This document shows positions 1 through 23,503 of a stretch of 64,000 bases of DNA, piece by piece. Under the pieces are notes generated by a model. The model was not told where the DNA came from, made no database searches, and saw nothing but the letters and a program-made list of their open reading frames with translations. This DNA comes from Nymphaea colorata (lineage: Eukaryota), in the NCBI RefSeq assembly GCF_008831285.2, contig NC_045138.2, forward strand, positions 27,466,001 to 27,530,000. Reading direction: 5' to 3'. The position numbers were made by a program, and so were the translations under genes. Numbering within the stretch: the stretch's first letter is position 1; the number at the start of each line of letters is the position of its first letter.

Positions 1-835
1 ACTAAAGATGAAAACATTTAATTACACGCAAAAGGATTCTGCTCCACTTACCTATTCTAGGAATCCAGGCATGGAACCAAGTTCCCAGGAAGGGTTCAAG
101 AGAATTTTACAAGCAACCTATGGGCCCAGCAAGAATTCACTTTAACGAGAATTTTAACCTATAGTATCGAAAAAGACATTCAATACACTCAAAATTCCAA
201 TTTCCAGCAACTGAGAGAGAGACATTAGTTCTTGGTCACAGAGGTAAGATACTCTAGTTCAGCAAGAAAGAATAGCAAAAAGGAAAATGTTCACCTAAGG
301 TATTGCCAAATTACCATCACTTTGGCATCATCAAATCAGCTGATCTGGACTTTCAATCAAACAGCAGTTTGTCCAGACCTAAGTTGCACCATGGTTAATC
401 CCTACTTTCAGTTCTTCAGGATCAGATAACATGCACAAGCATGTCTTCCTTGTAACTCTGGTTATATTGCTAGCCAAAGGAGAAATAACCAGATCCCAAT
501 TTGTGGAAAATTAGAAGGAAAAAGAATAATCAGCTCTGTAAAAGATGGAGAAGGGTCACTTAAAGGATCTCACAGCGTAATTGTCGATACTCACAAAACA
601 ACTGGTAGGAAATGCATCCACAATAATTCTATTGGATTTGTCTTAGTCCACTTTAGTTAATTAAGAATTATGTTCCAGAGAAAAGTTAAGAATTCATTGA
701 CACAGATAAAACCCTGCTGATACCGCTGGCACATAGCAACACTGAAAACAACAAATACATTAACATAAATTATGGCATGCTAAACCCCAGAAAAATTAAA
801 AGGTTGTTAAGGAACAATTGATGCAAAAAAATAAC

Positions 836-10472
<9,637 letters not shown>

Positions 10473-11027
10473 CCCTAGCACCCTCCCTGATATCAACATT
10501 CAGTCTATCAAACTACCCTCAGAATCTCACTTCATATGCTTGATCCTGCCTATATTCATACAAAATTTTCAGGCCCTCACTTGAACCCTAAAGCCGGAAA
10601 TTCAGAGCATGAAACAGCAACCCAGTTCAGACAACCCCCGTTAACTTCAACAGCAATAACCTCAATACCTTCCCACCAAACCCATTCCAAGTACACACGT
10701 TACTGCGAACCAAAAGTACAGCCCCCACTTTGTTCCTGATCGCCAGAGCCTTCTGCCATCGCTAAATCTTCCCATTCTTCTCTCGCTATCAAGTAATTGA
10801 TCCTCTAATCATTCCCCGCCCTCTCTCTTCCTAAAATAATCTAAAGAAACCCATGAATCACCATTTTCCTTGCCAACCAAAGACTATAAAGTGAAAAAAA
10901 CCAGAAACCGAACAATCAAAATGAATTATCCGAGGAAAAATCCATCACCCACCAATAAGGAAGAAAGCCTACGCGTGCTACGAATCATGGCGATCGTCAG
11001 AACCCACAGCCAAAATCACCGAAGTAC

Positions 11028-11140
11028 CTGAAAATTTGACGCAAAGAAATGGGCACCCAAGTTCCACTGTTGAGCATTGGGTGATTGTTGGACAGGCGGA
11101 AGGGAGAGAGCGAGGTAACGAAAGAGTATGTGCGCATTAG
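11028..11140 (-). other. Putative 5'-UTR exon of the GDH4-like gene
   Basis: Donor CAG|GTACTT at 11028/11027; acceptor ATCAG|GGAGG at 10487/10486, 14 nt before the ATG; pyrimidine-rich leader on the minus strand. The upstream boundary is approximate. Confidence 0.5.
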
Positions 11141-13790
11141 AGCCTTTTCTCCAACTGGGTTTTACTTTTAGCAACGCCAATTAATGGATCATCAGAACCG
11201 TAACAGTTTGCAAGGCAGGGACGATCATCAATGTCCTGAGAACTCCCACCTTCCCGACTCTCCTCCCTTGCTATCCCGCCACTTCCTCGCCGTTGTTTCC
11301 CCAAATAAACTAACTCACCGGAGGGGAGTCCCTCTCTCTTTTCCCCAGTTGAGTGTTTTTTTGGTCGAACTCTTTCCGTTGAAATTGTTAGTAGTTCATA
11401 GTATATAAAGAGCTCCCGGGATCTTAAGAAGTCAGCATATAACATATTGGAGAGCTCTATAAATAAAATAAACTTGTTAACTACCTAAATTGATTATCTA
11501 TCGACAACATTGATAATTCACAAGTTCAAATTATTTCTTTAAATAAATAAGTGGAGTGTAGATAGATGGTATATCATAGGTCCGACTTTCATGGGTGTTA
11601 TTCTTTTATAATCATAAATGATGAAATTGTGACACTTTATTAAAAGTGAATACTAGTCCAACAAGATCTCTCTGCAGCTTAAAACTCCACAGACAAAGCA
11701 ATAAGAGGAGGCCCTAATGCCTCTCTTATGAACTTTTCACCCAAACAAGCATAAGCACTTCATAGTTTAATATTAACAAATTAATGGCACATGCAACGCC
11801 ATGTAAATAGTGAGGTTGACCATAATCAATTCCAATGTCCTTTATTTAATTCATTCATATAATTCGTTATATGCTTGTGCGTGTGTGCATGCGCAATATG
11901 TGGTCAATATAAATATGAAAATCACATTCGATTTTGGATAATCACCTTTTACATGTATTGGATCTCTTAAATTCACAGTCATTGAATTTATAATTTCCGA
12001 CACTAGATGAAGCCAGAAGCCCTCAAATATCGTGCATAAGTTAATAAATAACATCCCCCAAAGTGTGCATTTGAAACATATTATAAATAACTTTTACTAA
12101 ATACAAGTTCATGAATAGATTAGTATATGCATGTGATTTTGATAAAGATAATGAGCAGGGATCTCAAACAATAGAAGGCAAGGTTGGAACTTGGTCCGAA
12201 GTATTCTACTCGTTCCTCATAATATGTGCATCGAATTCTATATATCTTAAGCCACATTTTTTTGCTGTGTTTGTTTTATGAGGACCCCAAGCAATAATAT
12301 TTTGTTTTTCTGGTAGACAAGGTACCGTAACAGATATTTAAACAATATGATCCAACTTCACGCCGGCCAAAAAAAAAAAAACATAACAAAATTGAACATC
12401 AGTTCGTAGTGTTCCCTGTTTGGTTTCAAAATCTAGTGAGACTCCTGCCATTGTCCTTAAAGGTTTCGCATGGGCCTCCAATACAATATGATATTCTCCA
12501 ATCGCAATATCATAGTCTCAAATATAGTTTTTGAATTTTAAAAGGGCAAGGTTTTTCTTGATATAATACAGTGAGCTTAAAAATAAAGGAAAAAAAAGGG
12601 AAAAAAGCACGGCAAAACTTTTTAAAAACTTACAAAAAAAAAAATGAAAGACTAAGACAACATCAAGAACTAAAGATGCAACAAACAGAAATAAAAAGAA
12701 TGAAAAACAGAAAAACGTTTCTCCCTTGCAGAAAAGTTAGTTTAGGATGGAGTTCCTCTCAGTTAACGACGTGGTGTCAAGGGATCAGCAAGATAGGAAA
12801 CCGAACCTTATCTAACATCCCGACAAGTTCATACGTAAAGTTCGATTTCTGTACCGTCATATCTAAATTCGGCTGCTATAGATTAAGAAAGATCCCACGA
12901 AGTCGAATCTGTTAAATGGCAAACCATTTGCATCCCAGAGGCAACTCGTACAAAGAATAACTGAAAAAGGGTTCAAGGAATACGTAAACATTACGTCCTC
13001 AAACACTCGATGTGCGTGAACGTTTGCGTGTGAGGAAATATTTCCACCATCTGATTTAAGGGACGGTTGACAGCACGAAAACATTATGCAGGCAACCGAC
13101 TTTTCTAGTACCAATTTCGAGGGGGAAAGTTGTCGAGAAAAATAGTCGAAACTTTGCTCCAAATTTTGGCCTTTACTGTAGTTGGAGATGAATCTTTCAC
13201 GTGAGATGAAGCTTCATCAGTGATCCGTTTGGTAGAACCACTAATTACTTTTTCAGATGTTTCAGGAGCCCCTAACTTGTTTCCTCAAAGAGACGGTTGC
13301 AAGATAATGACCTGACCTGACGAGATCATGAGAGGCAAATGCACGGTGCCCGACAACAATGTGACCGGACCTGAGTTAGTTTCACCTGAATTTATTCGGG
13401 ATTTTGGCCCCCTTTTTCCACAAGTTCCTGTGGTTCAGACTATGCCAAACCCAGAAAGTGGCATTTTCTGCTAAATACAGTCTGAGGTGTAACAATTTCT
13501 GCAGCAGATCTTAACAATTACAAATTTACATGGCATGGATGACCCTGTCAAATGATTAAGAAAAAGAACAGATAGTTCAAGCATATTGAAAGTCGAAATC
13601 TGTCCATACTGCACAAGTAGATTCACAAACATAATCAAATTACGGCTGCAACACCAAATAGAGGTAAACTCTCTAACAATTTGCAGGCTACATAACGCTT
13701 TAGTATAACCCTTCAGCTTGCAATCATCCAACAGTTTATAGTTTTCTTCCAATATATATTTTTTTATGCAGTTACTAAAACCAGATAATG

Positions 13791-15966
13791 CTAGCTAGAA
13801 GAAGCTGCACTACCTCCATACAGCTCACTCCAGCTTCCCCATTTCCATCTAACTCTGGGGAAATCGCTGGTACACCTGGAAATGAGACAGTTGCGAACGT
13901 CCTGGCCCACATCACAGTGTATGAACAGGGCCACCTCTGCCAATGCGGCAGATCGGGTTAATACAAAGGAAATGAATGAACAAACAGCATTGACATCCTT
14001 TATCAGTAAATGTACAACTAGTTTCTTCAGATGCTCCCAGCTCCACCAAATCTTAAGGTCCCCTTTGTAGAAGGATTCTTGTAGTTCAGACCAAGCCACA
14101 GGACCAAGAGAGAGGGTCCTCACATTCGTGGCAGCACATACTACATCCTTGAAGCCACGCACATCCTGCTTGAGAGTGCCATGCGAAACGAAGAAAGAGG
14201 ATTTCTCACATATCAGGTTTTCAATTGTTTCAGTTCCTGAAAACAGGGGAATGATCCCAAAAAGGTCTGCAGACTCAACGCGCAGTGTCCTTAAGTTGAG
14301 AAACCTTTCCACTTCGAAGATGTCACCTATGTTGCTCATTGACAGGAAGAAGGAGAACAGTGATGGAGCCTTCAGAATGAACCTTCTTGGTTTCACGCAT
14401 CTCAGCCTCAATTCAATAAGATTAGGTGTGTCTATAGTCAGCGAAGTTGGACAATTAGATGCCACCCAGTGACAGGTTTTGAGCTCGGAGAACTGAAGTT
14501 TTGGATCCTTAAGCCCGCCAACATCAATTAGGTTTAGCTTTTGCAGAGCTGGAAAACAGGAGTTCAGACAATCGAGATTTTCATCATCTAACCTTATATA
14601 CTCAAGCGTCAGGCTTGTAAGCATGGGCATTCTCTTCATCCTCTCTACCGACAACCAAGCATTCTTCAACTCCAAGTTGAGCAGCACACTACCTGGAGAA
14701 AAGGAACAAAAAAAATTGAGAATTTTCTAGATGACAATTTCTAGAGCCTTTGATCAATTTAATATTGACAGTGTGATCTTACTTCAAGTCCTAACACCAA
14801 GGCATGCACACACATACACAAATGCTACTCAAACTGCCCAATTAACAATCAGAGCGACCTGCCTAACATAAGGAAAACTGCATACCCGCGGAGACATAAG
14901 AAAGCTTAAATATTATCCTGAAGATCAGACAGGTAGATACTCATGATTTATCTTCCACCAAGACTCTTCAATGCGCAATCCAAGTTACAAAAGTTTCAGG
15001 TTCCTTTAGTACAGACTGTTAAGCATTGAGTCCGCCTGCACAGTGTAGCAGGACCTCTTCTTTTTCGACAGCATTACGATTTAAAGACTCATCTTTTCCC
15101 GATATGAATTGGAGTAGAACTGCAAAATCATTGCTTGCAAGTTAAACACTTCAAAGTTCAAACTATTATTCTGTTACCTGTAGTACATTATTGACCAAGA
15201 TAATAACAATCAGATTTATTTTATAATCAAAGCAATGGGACCAACAGGACTGCTGCTTCTATATTAACTAGGCGAGATCCTGCCACTCGTTTCAGGTATT
15301 TAGCAAATTATGCATGCCAACAAGAAGCTTAAACACATAAAAAGTTGTACTTATAGACGCGTGTTTTTCCTTCTTCCTGTCGGTAGATTCCGTTTATACT
15401 TTAACAGAAACTTATCGAAATTGGAATGATAATAGTAATTAGTAAGGTTTCTGGATTAAATGATAGTGGTTGTATGTGTGAACAAATTTGTAAATTTTTA
15501 CACAATCAACAATCAGAGAACAGTTGCTCAGGGTGCAATACAAGCAACTAATGGCAACTTCTCTGCTGCCTGGATTTAAGATCCTAACACAAATTTTACA
15601 AACATTGTCTAAGGGCCGTGAGGTTAATAAGATGACAAAAAATGGGTTCTCTAGTAACATCTTCCACCTAAACTTACTCTAGCGGATTATCTTGTATGTT
15701 TTTATACATTATAGCTTAGATTATGCTTATTATCCCACCCACCCATGGGGATCCTCAGCTGCACCCACATACCCGAAAAAAAAAGGTCAAATCGGGATTT
15801 TGCACGATGAAGCATAATTTTTTTTGAAAAGCAAAGAAGTCCAGATCTAACCCAAATTTTTTCAATTGAATTGAACACGCTATCACCATCCGAGGAGAGT
15901 TCCTCTGGATTCAGGAAATTGTCCACAAATTTGGGATAGAAATTTTCTTGTCAGTACCTAATAGTA

Positions 15967-16011
<45 letters not shown>

Positions 16012-16465
16012 CAGACTCACAGTAGCTGGAGACGACCGCTAGCACGGTGGATCTGCGCCAGCATGACTGGGGCCAGTAGCTCGAGATCGAAATCGATCTC
16101 AGTCCCCCGCAGGTGGCCGGGATCCAGCCAGAAACGAATCCCACGTCCACCAGAAACAGGTCGTCGTCCTCCTCCCTGCTGCCATCTCCGAAAGGCCCGA
16201 GGCGTGGCTCGTCGACGGCGACGCGGACCGCTTCAAGCCGGGTCAGAGGCCTCAAGAACCGGCCGGCGAGAGCCGTGAAGGGAACGGCCGTCGTGCCGCT
16301 GGTCTGGTGCTGAGAGGCAAGAGGGGAGGAGACGATGGAGACGGAGTGAACGAGGTACGAAAGCGCACGAAAGGTGCGGGAGACGAGGCGGCAGCGAGCG
16401 AGGTCGCGGGCGTCGCTCAGGCGCCCCAAGATCTCGACGATCAGCTGCTCCGGAAGCTCCTCCAT
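13791..16465 (-). CDS. F-box/LRR-repeat protein (resembles the At4g29420 family), 448 aa, 2 exons
   Basis: Exons 16465-16021 and 14692-13791 join in frame (T|GT = Cys). N-terminal F-box MEELPEQLIVEILGRLSDARDLARCRLVSRTF; motifs YWPQSCWRRS and LELKNAWLSV; LRR-like LTSLTLEYIRLDDENL and FPALQKLNLIDVGGLKDPK. Confidence 0.9.
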
Positions 16466-16895
16466 GGCCGCCGCTGCACCAGAGGCCACTGGCAGAGGAA
16501 AGAGAGCCTCGGCCGTCTTCTCCTCTTCTACTCCGGAGGTTGCGGGCGGAAGCGGCCAAGTGGTGGTCCACGTGGCTTCAGCGCAAAAGTAAGAATTGCG
16601 ACTCGGTGATCCAGTTCATATAGTATCGGAATTTTGTATCGACTCAGAATCACGGTACGGACACCTCCAGTTGGGTTCTGGATATCGAGTTGTACCCCGT
16701 TATCCATTTGGGTCACGAGTTTTAGGCTGTAAAGCGTGGCAACGACGCAACGGGAAGCCTGGTCTCTCCCCTCTCCCGCGTAATCTCCCGCCTTCTCTTG
16801 GCGGCGTTCCCGGTGCCGCTGGCCGGTTCTCGCCGAAAAGCACCGCTTCCGCCATCGCGGCCTTGGCTGTGCAGCCAAACCATTTGTATTAGAAG
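16466..16895. promoter_or_regulatory. Compact bidirectional promoter/leader region between the F-box and DHS genes
   Basis: Divergent ATGs only 430 bp apart; GC/CpG-rich; palindromic G-box CCACGTGG at 16568-16575. Confidence 0.6.
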
Positions 16896-17103
16896 ATGGA
16901 CGGTGTAAACGACAAAAGCGTCGTCGAGTCTGTCCATAGCATCGTCTTCAAAGAATCGGAGTCCCTCGAGGGGAAGTGCGAGAAGATCGCGGGTTACGAT
17001 TTCAACAATGGCATCGACTACGGAATGATCCTTCGCTCAATGAGGTTTACCGGATTTCAGGCCTCGAATCTTGGTGACGCCATAGACATTGTTAATCGAA
17101 TGG

Positions 17104-17151
<48 letters not shown>

Positions 17152-20100
17152 CCTCTCTAGTTCCTTCAGTTATTGGCCTAACTTGGGGTTAATGTCCCTT
17201 AGCTGTGAATCATAACTTCACCTAAATTAGTTCGTTATTTTTGTTTGAAGTTAGATTGGCGGCTTTCTGATGAACCCATAACCGAAGACTGTGACGATGA
17301 ACAAAAGGTGTTGTCGTTCAGGGAATCCGTCAAGTGCAAGGTGTTTCTTGGGTTCACTTCGAATCTTATTTCCTCAGGATTGAGAGAGACTATTCGGTTT
17401 CTTGCCGAGCATCACTTGGTAATCGTTTTTACATTCTGAAAAATTATGGAAGTTATGCTATTCAGTGGGTATAGCTCATTCTTTTTCAAGCTTACATTCT
17501 AAACTTTAGCGAGTTCTGATATATGACAGCAAAGGAATTTGTTTGGCACTCATTTGGATTGTATTTAATCTCTTTCTCTCTTAATTTTATCGCTTGAAGG
17601 TTCATACCTGAGTGGTCATAATTCATTGGTATAAATGCTGGTTTGCTTTTTCTGAAGAACGTCTCTAAATTGCGTTACTGGGGGAGCCCCATCATCTTTT
17701 TCCTGATCTTAAGTTGTTGGAAAAAGTATAATTTGGATACAATGGACAAATGTCGTTATCAGTTGTCTTTCCTCAACAGCTGAAACTGTATATCTTTAGT
17801 TCACTTTGTTATATTCGAAACTTGTGCAGGTTGATGTATTTGTCACCACTGCTGGTGGAATTGAGGAGGACCTTATAAAATGTCTTGGACCAACATATAG
17901 AGGCGAGTTTTCTTTACCCGGCGCTTATTTACGGTCAAGAGGAATAAACCGGATCGGTAACCTGATGGTACCTAATGATAACTATTGCAAATTTGAAGAT
18001 TGGATAATGCCTATTTTTGATCAAATGCTGCAAGAACAAACAGAAAAGGTAACACCCACTTTGAAAAGTTTAGTTCTGTATCTAAGATTGTGAAGAATCT
18101 TAAGGGACTTATGAAGAGAGTTGATAAGTGGTTGTTTGTTCTAGCTTCTAGCCTTTTTGAGGCTGAAATTGAAGCTGCTAGGGGGTGGGTTGGGATCACT
18201 GCCATACCTAGAACTCAAATCTATTGTGGGAGTCGGCTGTGTCGTTACAGTTGGTATCAAAGTTGGTTTAATACTTAGACCTAGGGTCCTACATACACTA
18301 ACGTGTATGCCTTAAAGGGGTTGGAATCTAATGGCCCACTTTGAGAAATTTAGTCTTGTATCTAAGATTTGTGAAAAATCTTACTGGGCTTATAAAAGAG
18401 ATTGTTAAGTGTTTGGTCTCATGGTTAATAATTTTTTGGAGTTGAAACCAAAGCTGCTAGGGACCAGGTTGGGATCCACCGAACCAGGAGCTCGAGGCCC
18501 CGAGCCCATTGTGGGTGTGGGCCGGCTTGTTATATGCTTAGCCCTTACCAGCTCTTTTTTTTCTTGTCACATGCATTCACTTTGCTGTGTGATGGGAATG
18601 CCTTATCAAATTAGGCATAAGTGGAAAACTAAGGACTCATGTTGTAAGTAACACAAGGTGTTGTACAATATTTATGTTATCTAACGTAACTATGAATGTA
18701 AATAATAGAACAATCGACTTTGAAACTGGTTTCAGGGGCACAACTATACCACATCTGGTGTAACTTATGAGACACCCCCATATCGTGTGTTATGGTATGA
18801 TATCGGGTGTAACTTATTTAAAACATAAAAAGTGTCCAAAAACTATTCTTTTAATTTAAAGTTGCACAAATTTTGTAAGATTGAATATTATTCCAATGTG
18901 AAAGTCATTCTTATACATCTAAAAGCAAAAAAGAAAAAAAAAATCGAGCTTGACTCATGCAATAAAACTAGTACTTTGGTTCCTCTTATGAGATATTATT
19001 TTTATTCAGAAAATAAAAAAAATAAAAATTCAAATTTTGTCACCTTATGGCTTATGGTGCTTAAAGGCTCCAAGGAGTAAGTCATAGATAATGAAGACTT
19101 ATATATTTTGATATACATTTAAGTATTGGGGGTAGTTTAAATGGTATGCATGTTGTAACATATATTTATTCTTTTTATGTTTATGCAGTTCATGTTTTTT
19201 TACAGAGATTATCTTTTTCCTTTTCTATTATTTGGATTTTTCTGGATTTTAATTTTTTGTGAAATTCTGATATTAAAAATTTAAATTTGTAAATTTTTAC
19301 ATTAAGTTATGTATCTAAATTTCAACCTGATCATTACAGGTTACGGTACACATTTTACAACAGTGCCGAGGACCCATAGGCCACATTTATGAAGGCACTT
19401 CTTGCAGCAAAATTGGTTGACCTTTAATCTGTTGTTCTCTTCCAAGTTAACTTTGTCATGTTTCTGGATATTACTCTGTAAACTTAGCATAATACTTGTG
19501 TGTAGTTGTCAAATTGATGTGCCATACGAGCATCAGTGCTCTGGGGTATTGTCATTATCGAGTCATAGACTTGCTTTCTAGTAAGCCCAGTGACATTTAT
19601 AAAAGGAGTAGAGTGCTTTAATAAACTTATAAGAACTGAATGTTTGTGTTTTTTGTCAATTGTTCTTAAGTTCTGCTCCTATAGGAATTGAGAAAAAGTG
19701 GTAGTGCTGAAGATCCTAGCTTATAGTGATTGGTGTGATTCACAAATTGATAGTACTTGATTTTTCATTCCACAGAATATTATTTGGAGTCCATCCAAAA
19801 TCATTGCCAGACTTGGTCAAGAAATAAATGATGAGAGTTCGTACCTTTACTGGGCTTACAAGGTAAATGTGTGGCATCATGTTTCATATACTACACTTGT
19901 CTGTTTGAAAGCAAGAGGAAGAAAAGAAGTGAATGTAGACTTGTATTTGTGCTCTTTTTCATCTCTAAAGTCGCTGTGCCTCTGATACACATCATTTTTT
20001 CTTGACATTTTATTCTTCATTTGACACAGTACTTTCTGTTTTTTATTTTTATCCAAGGACAGCTCATGCAAGAACATGAAACGGTTGAATGTTAAATTTT

Positions 20101-21472
20101 GTGGAATTATGTTAGAACTTGTGAAAATGTTAGTTTATTACCTTCATTTTCATTTTCTCTTTTTTCATGATTTTTTAAAGTTGGGAATGCAATTATTGTT
20201 GATGTTTCTTTGCTTCTGAAAATATATCTGAGTCCTGTGATTGATCTTAGGATCTAGTTATCTGGGTTTGTCTAAGACAGTGTCATACCTGTTTTGGTTT
20301 TCTAAATCTTAGCCCATAGAATTAAGTGTCAACCTAGAACACCAGGATGGCCCTTTTCAATTGAAATAGCCTCAGTTTTTATCATATTCATTTAAATGTT
20401 TCAAGCCGAGTGCCCTTTTCCTAAAAGTTCTCTGATATAGCATACCGACTCATGTTATAGCAAGGAGTCTTTCGCAGTCAAGATTTTTTCTCTATTTTGA
20501 TACCTAAAAATGGCAACCTGTCCATGAGGTTCAGCACCCTATTGTTGTTTAAAAAGTCTAGCTGAGATTTCTGATCACATGTGGATCCAAATCCATGGAA
20601 GCCCTTGCGAATGCATAAAATGAAGCCAGTCAAAGGAGGGTACCTATTAGGTCATTACTTTGTTCATCTTTGACTGTTGAATATTTTGCGGTATGATTTG
20701 CTATATCATCTGTCCTGGTCAATTATCCTTCATTGTGTTCCCAACATATGCAGTATATAAACTGATGATATTGAAAATGCACTTCATGTATACCTTATGG
20801 TTTCTGCTATAGTTAACTGATCTGTATTGTTAATGCTCACAAAGAACGGGATTCCAGTATATTGCCCCGGCTTGACTGATGGTTCTCTTGGAGACATGCT
20901 ATATTTTCATTCATACAGAAACCCTGGTTTGGTCGTTGACATAGTGCAAGGTATTCCCCATCTTCTTTTTTCTTGAGGAAGATGACTTATGTCCAAAGAT
21001 TCTTATTTTTCTTCTTTGTTCTTGGTGAAGATGTCTTATGCTGAAGATTCTCTTTTTTCTTTGTTTCCTTGTGACAGATATAAGAGGCATGAATGGAGAG
21101 GCAGTCCATGCCGGCAACAGGAAAGCAGGAATGGTGATTCTTGGAGCTGGGTTGCCCAAACATCATATTTGCAATGCAATGATGATGCGGAATGGTGCAG
21201 ATTTTACTGTTTATATCAACACAGGTCAGGAATTTGATGGTAGTGATTCTGGTGCTAGTCCAGATGAAGCTGTTTCATGGGGCAAAATCCGTAGTTCTGC
21301 AAAATCTGTAAAGGTAATTGTCTGCTGTAATTTTGACTTCATTTCCTGCCATCCTCACATTTTCAATTGAATAAAAGATGGAGTTGATCTGGAGCAGGTG
21401 CATTGTGATGCAACCATTGCCTTTCCATTGTTGGTAGCTGAGACTTTTGCGAAGAGAGTGAAGAAAGCCTGA
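16896..21472 (+). CDS. DHS: Deoxyhypusine synthase, 365 aa, 7 exons
   Basis: Exons 16896-17102, 17251-17418, 17830-18048, 19776-19862, 20845-20950, 21078-21313, 21398-21472 (1098 nt). Motifs [71 protein letters not shown] (catalytic Lys) and [12 protein letters not shown]. Confidence 0.95.
18049..18534 (+). mobile_element. TRIM (terminal-repeat retrotransposon in miniature) at the start of DHS intron 3
   Basis: Two diverged ~200-bp direct repeats (18049-18249 ending GTTACA; 18327-18534 ending GTTATA). PBS TGGTATCAAAG (tRNA-iMet type) at 18252-18262, 2 nt after LTR1; purine tract AAAGGGGTTGGAA just before LTR2; 77-bp non-coding internal region. Confidence 0.8.
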
Positions 21473-23503
21473 GTCCTTATTGAAGATTGCTGTCGCAAGA
21501 GATCGGCATGTGGAAGAGTTGGCCTATTGTTTACAAGCAGCTGATGAACCTTGTGTTTTGGAACAAGGTTCTTGACTTCTTGTTCACATTCTTGCAAACC
21601 TACCTTCCTGTAGTTTCATGCAGAAAAACACTTTTGTAGTCAGCTTATTTGTAGCGAATGACAGGTTTCAGTCTCGTGTGCATGCACTTTTTATATTCTC
21701 AATTCCGACGAATAATCTAATATTGTCTTTTCCTGATTTGCCATTTGCTGCTTGGAGTGACGCTCTAACTCACCTCCAACCTAAATTAGGACTGATTGAA
21801 GCCATTTTCTTTTGTGTGTGTGTGTGTGTGTGTGACAGAGAGAGAATGAGAGAGAGAGAGAGGGGGGGAGGGAAGGAGGGAGACCTACCAATATCTTATG
21901 GCCAGATTCCAGCTTACTTTGTATCTGAGCTTGGATGACCTAAATTAATGAGTTGAAAAATGGAAAATTTAAATGCATAAGTCAAAATTTACAGGACTTA
22001 AATTGATTCGGAACTAAGGCGGATCATGCATGGGATTTTGACATGCTTTAAGATACGTAGACTTGAGTTATCAATGTTCATTGGTAAAGTCTGATAGACA
22101 GAAAAACTGGAGCAAGGGGACAGTGAAACAGAGAGAGTGAGAGTCTGAGAGAGCGATGGAGATTCTGGATCCAAAATGAGATTTCCCAGTGAGAGTGACA
22201 AAGAAAGAAATGGTGTCTACTAAATAGCATCTACAATGCTCTTAACTTTTGAAAAATGTGATCCCTTTATGCGAAATCTCAATGGTACCCACCAAAATCG
22301 TAGTCACCAGTTATAAATTATTTTTATTTACATTAATCTTCTTCTACGTTTTATATATGGAAGTAACATACATATGAGGAACTTTCAACTATTTCTTCCT
22401 GTGCAAATAATAATGGTTCTAGATAGAATACTACTTCAGGTTTATAGAAACATATTTGAATTCATAAGAGGAGAAAAATGGACAATAAACAAAAGAAGAA
22501 AGGGCGAGATAAGCTCACTTGAGCAAATGCGCGATTTAACTTATAGTTTTCACTAAACTCACAAAAAGAAAAACACACTGGCTCAAAAAGTTTTTTCATG
22601 TTTTAAATCCATATCAAAAAGTGGAAATCTGGAATTTTGAAGCATATCAAAATATTTATTAATTTGATTATCTTAAAAATATCTTGTTATCTTATCATTT
22701 AGTTGAGGTTGAGATAAAAACAAAGAGAAAAATATGATATCATATTTTTGTTCACAAGTTTTTCTCATTATTTTTCTTTCAACTATCAATACAGATGAAT
22801 CAAAACCAGAGATTGCTTCTTGTGCATCTAGCATCTAAATGCCTAACACCTATTGTAACAAATTATATTATTTATGTAATTCAAAATAAATCTTTGTTAT
22901 ATGTATATATATTAAAAAGGAAATTAAATAATAGCTTCCATCTAATGCTAAATAGTGAACTTTTATGAAAAGAAATATATAATTATAAGTTGTACATCTT
23001 TTAGATAAATGTTGGGTTATGCAATTCTATGCCATACGGATTATATGACATTCAAATAACACGGTTGGATATATAAATGGAACAGATGTATTTGATTATC
23101 GATTCCATTATAAGTGTATTTAGTCGGATTTTCACAAAAAATAGATTTCAATTAATAACTAAATTCAAGATCAGTAGACAAATTCATGAACAAATTCAAA
23201 ATTGCCTCAAATATTCGACTGAGATTCATCAAGGGTCGATTGATAGTTATATATGACCTCAATGTAAAAGAAAAGATTTGGATCTGATTCAATATCCGAA
23301 TTTGATTGCGTCAAGAAATTTGATTAAATAAACCCAATGAAGTCAAATTCCGTTAGGATAAGCCCCATTCGGAGTTGATTAGCCGCTTCAAGCTTTAATT
23401 TCCGAAATCACCCCTTCAATAATGGCACACCGGCTTAAACAAAAGAGGGTATATTTGTCATTATCCGACTGTATGTGGATGAAAAGGGGCAATCTAATCC
23501 TCC

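Noticed and set aside
12540..12915. 114-aa Lys-rich ORF
   Set aside because: GTG start; the sequence derives from A-rich low-complexity DNA and has no domain.
15970..16937. Many overlapping 70-116 aa ORFs around the F-box/DHS promoter
   Set aside because: Expected by-product of high GC content and antisense frames of the F-box exon; no recognisable domains, and several use non-ATG starts.
18650..19365. Possible MITE in DHS intron 3 (similar AT-rich blocks at about 23000-23400 and 31620-32100)
   Set aside because: TIRs are too degenerate and no TSD could be identified, so boundaries cannot be supported.
20845..21110. DHS as a homospermidine synthase
   Set aside because: The diagnostic N/I/N positions retain the DHS state rather than H/V/D.
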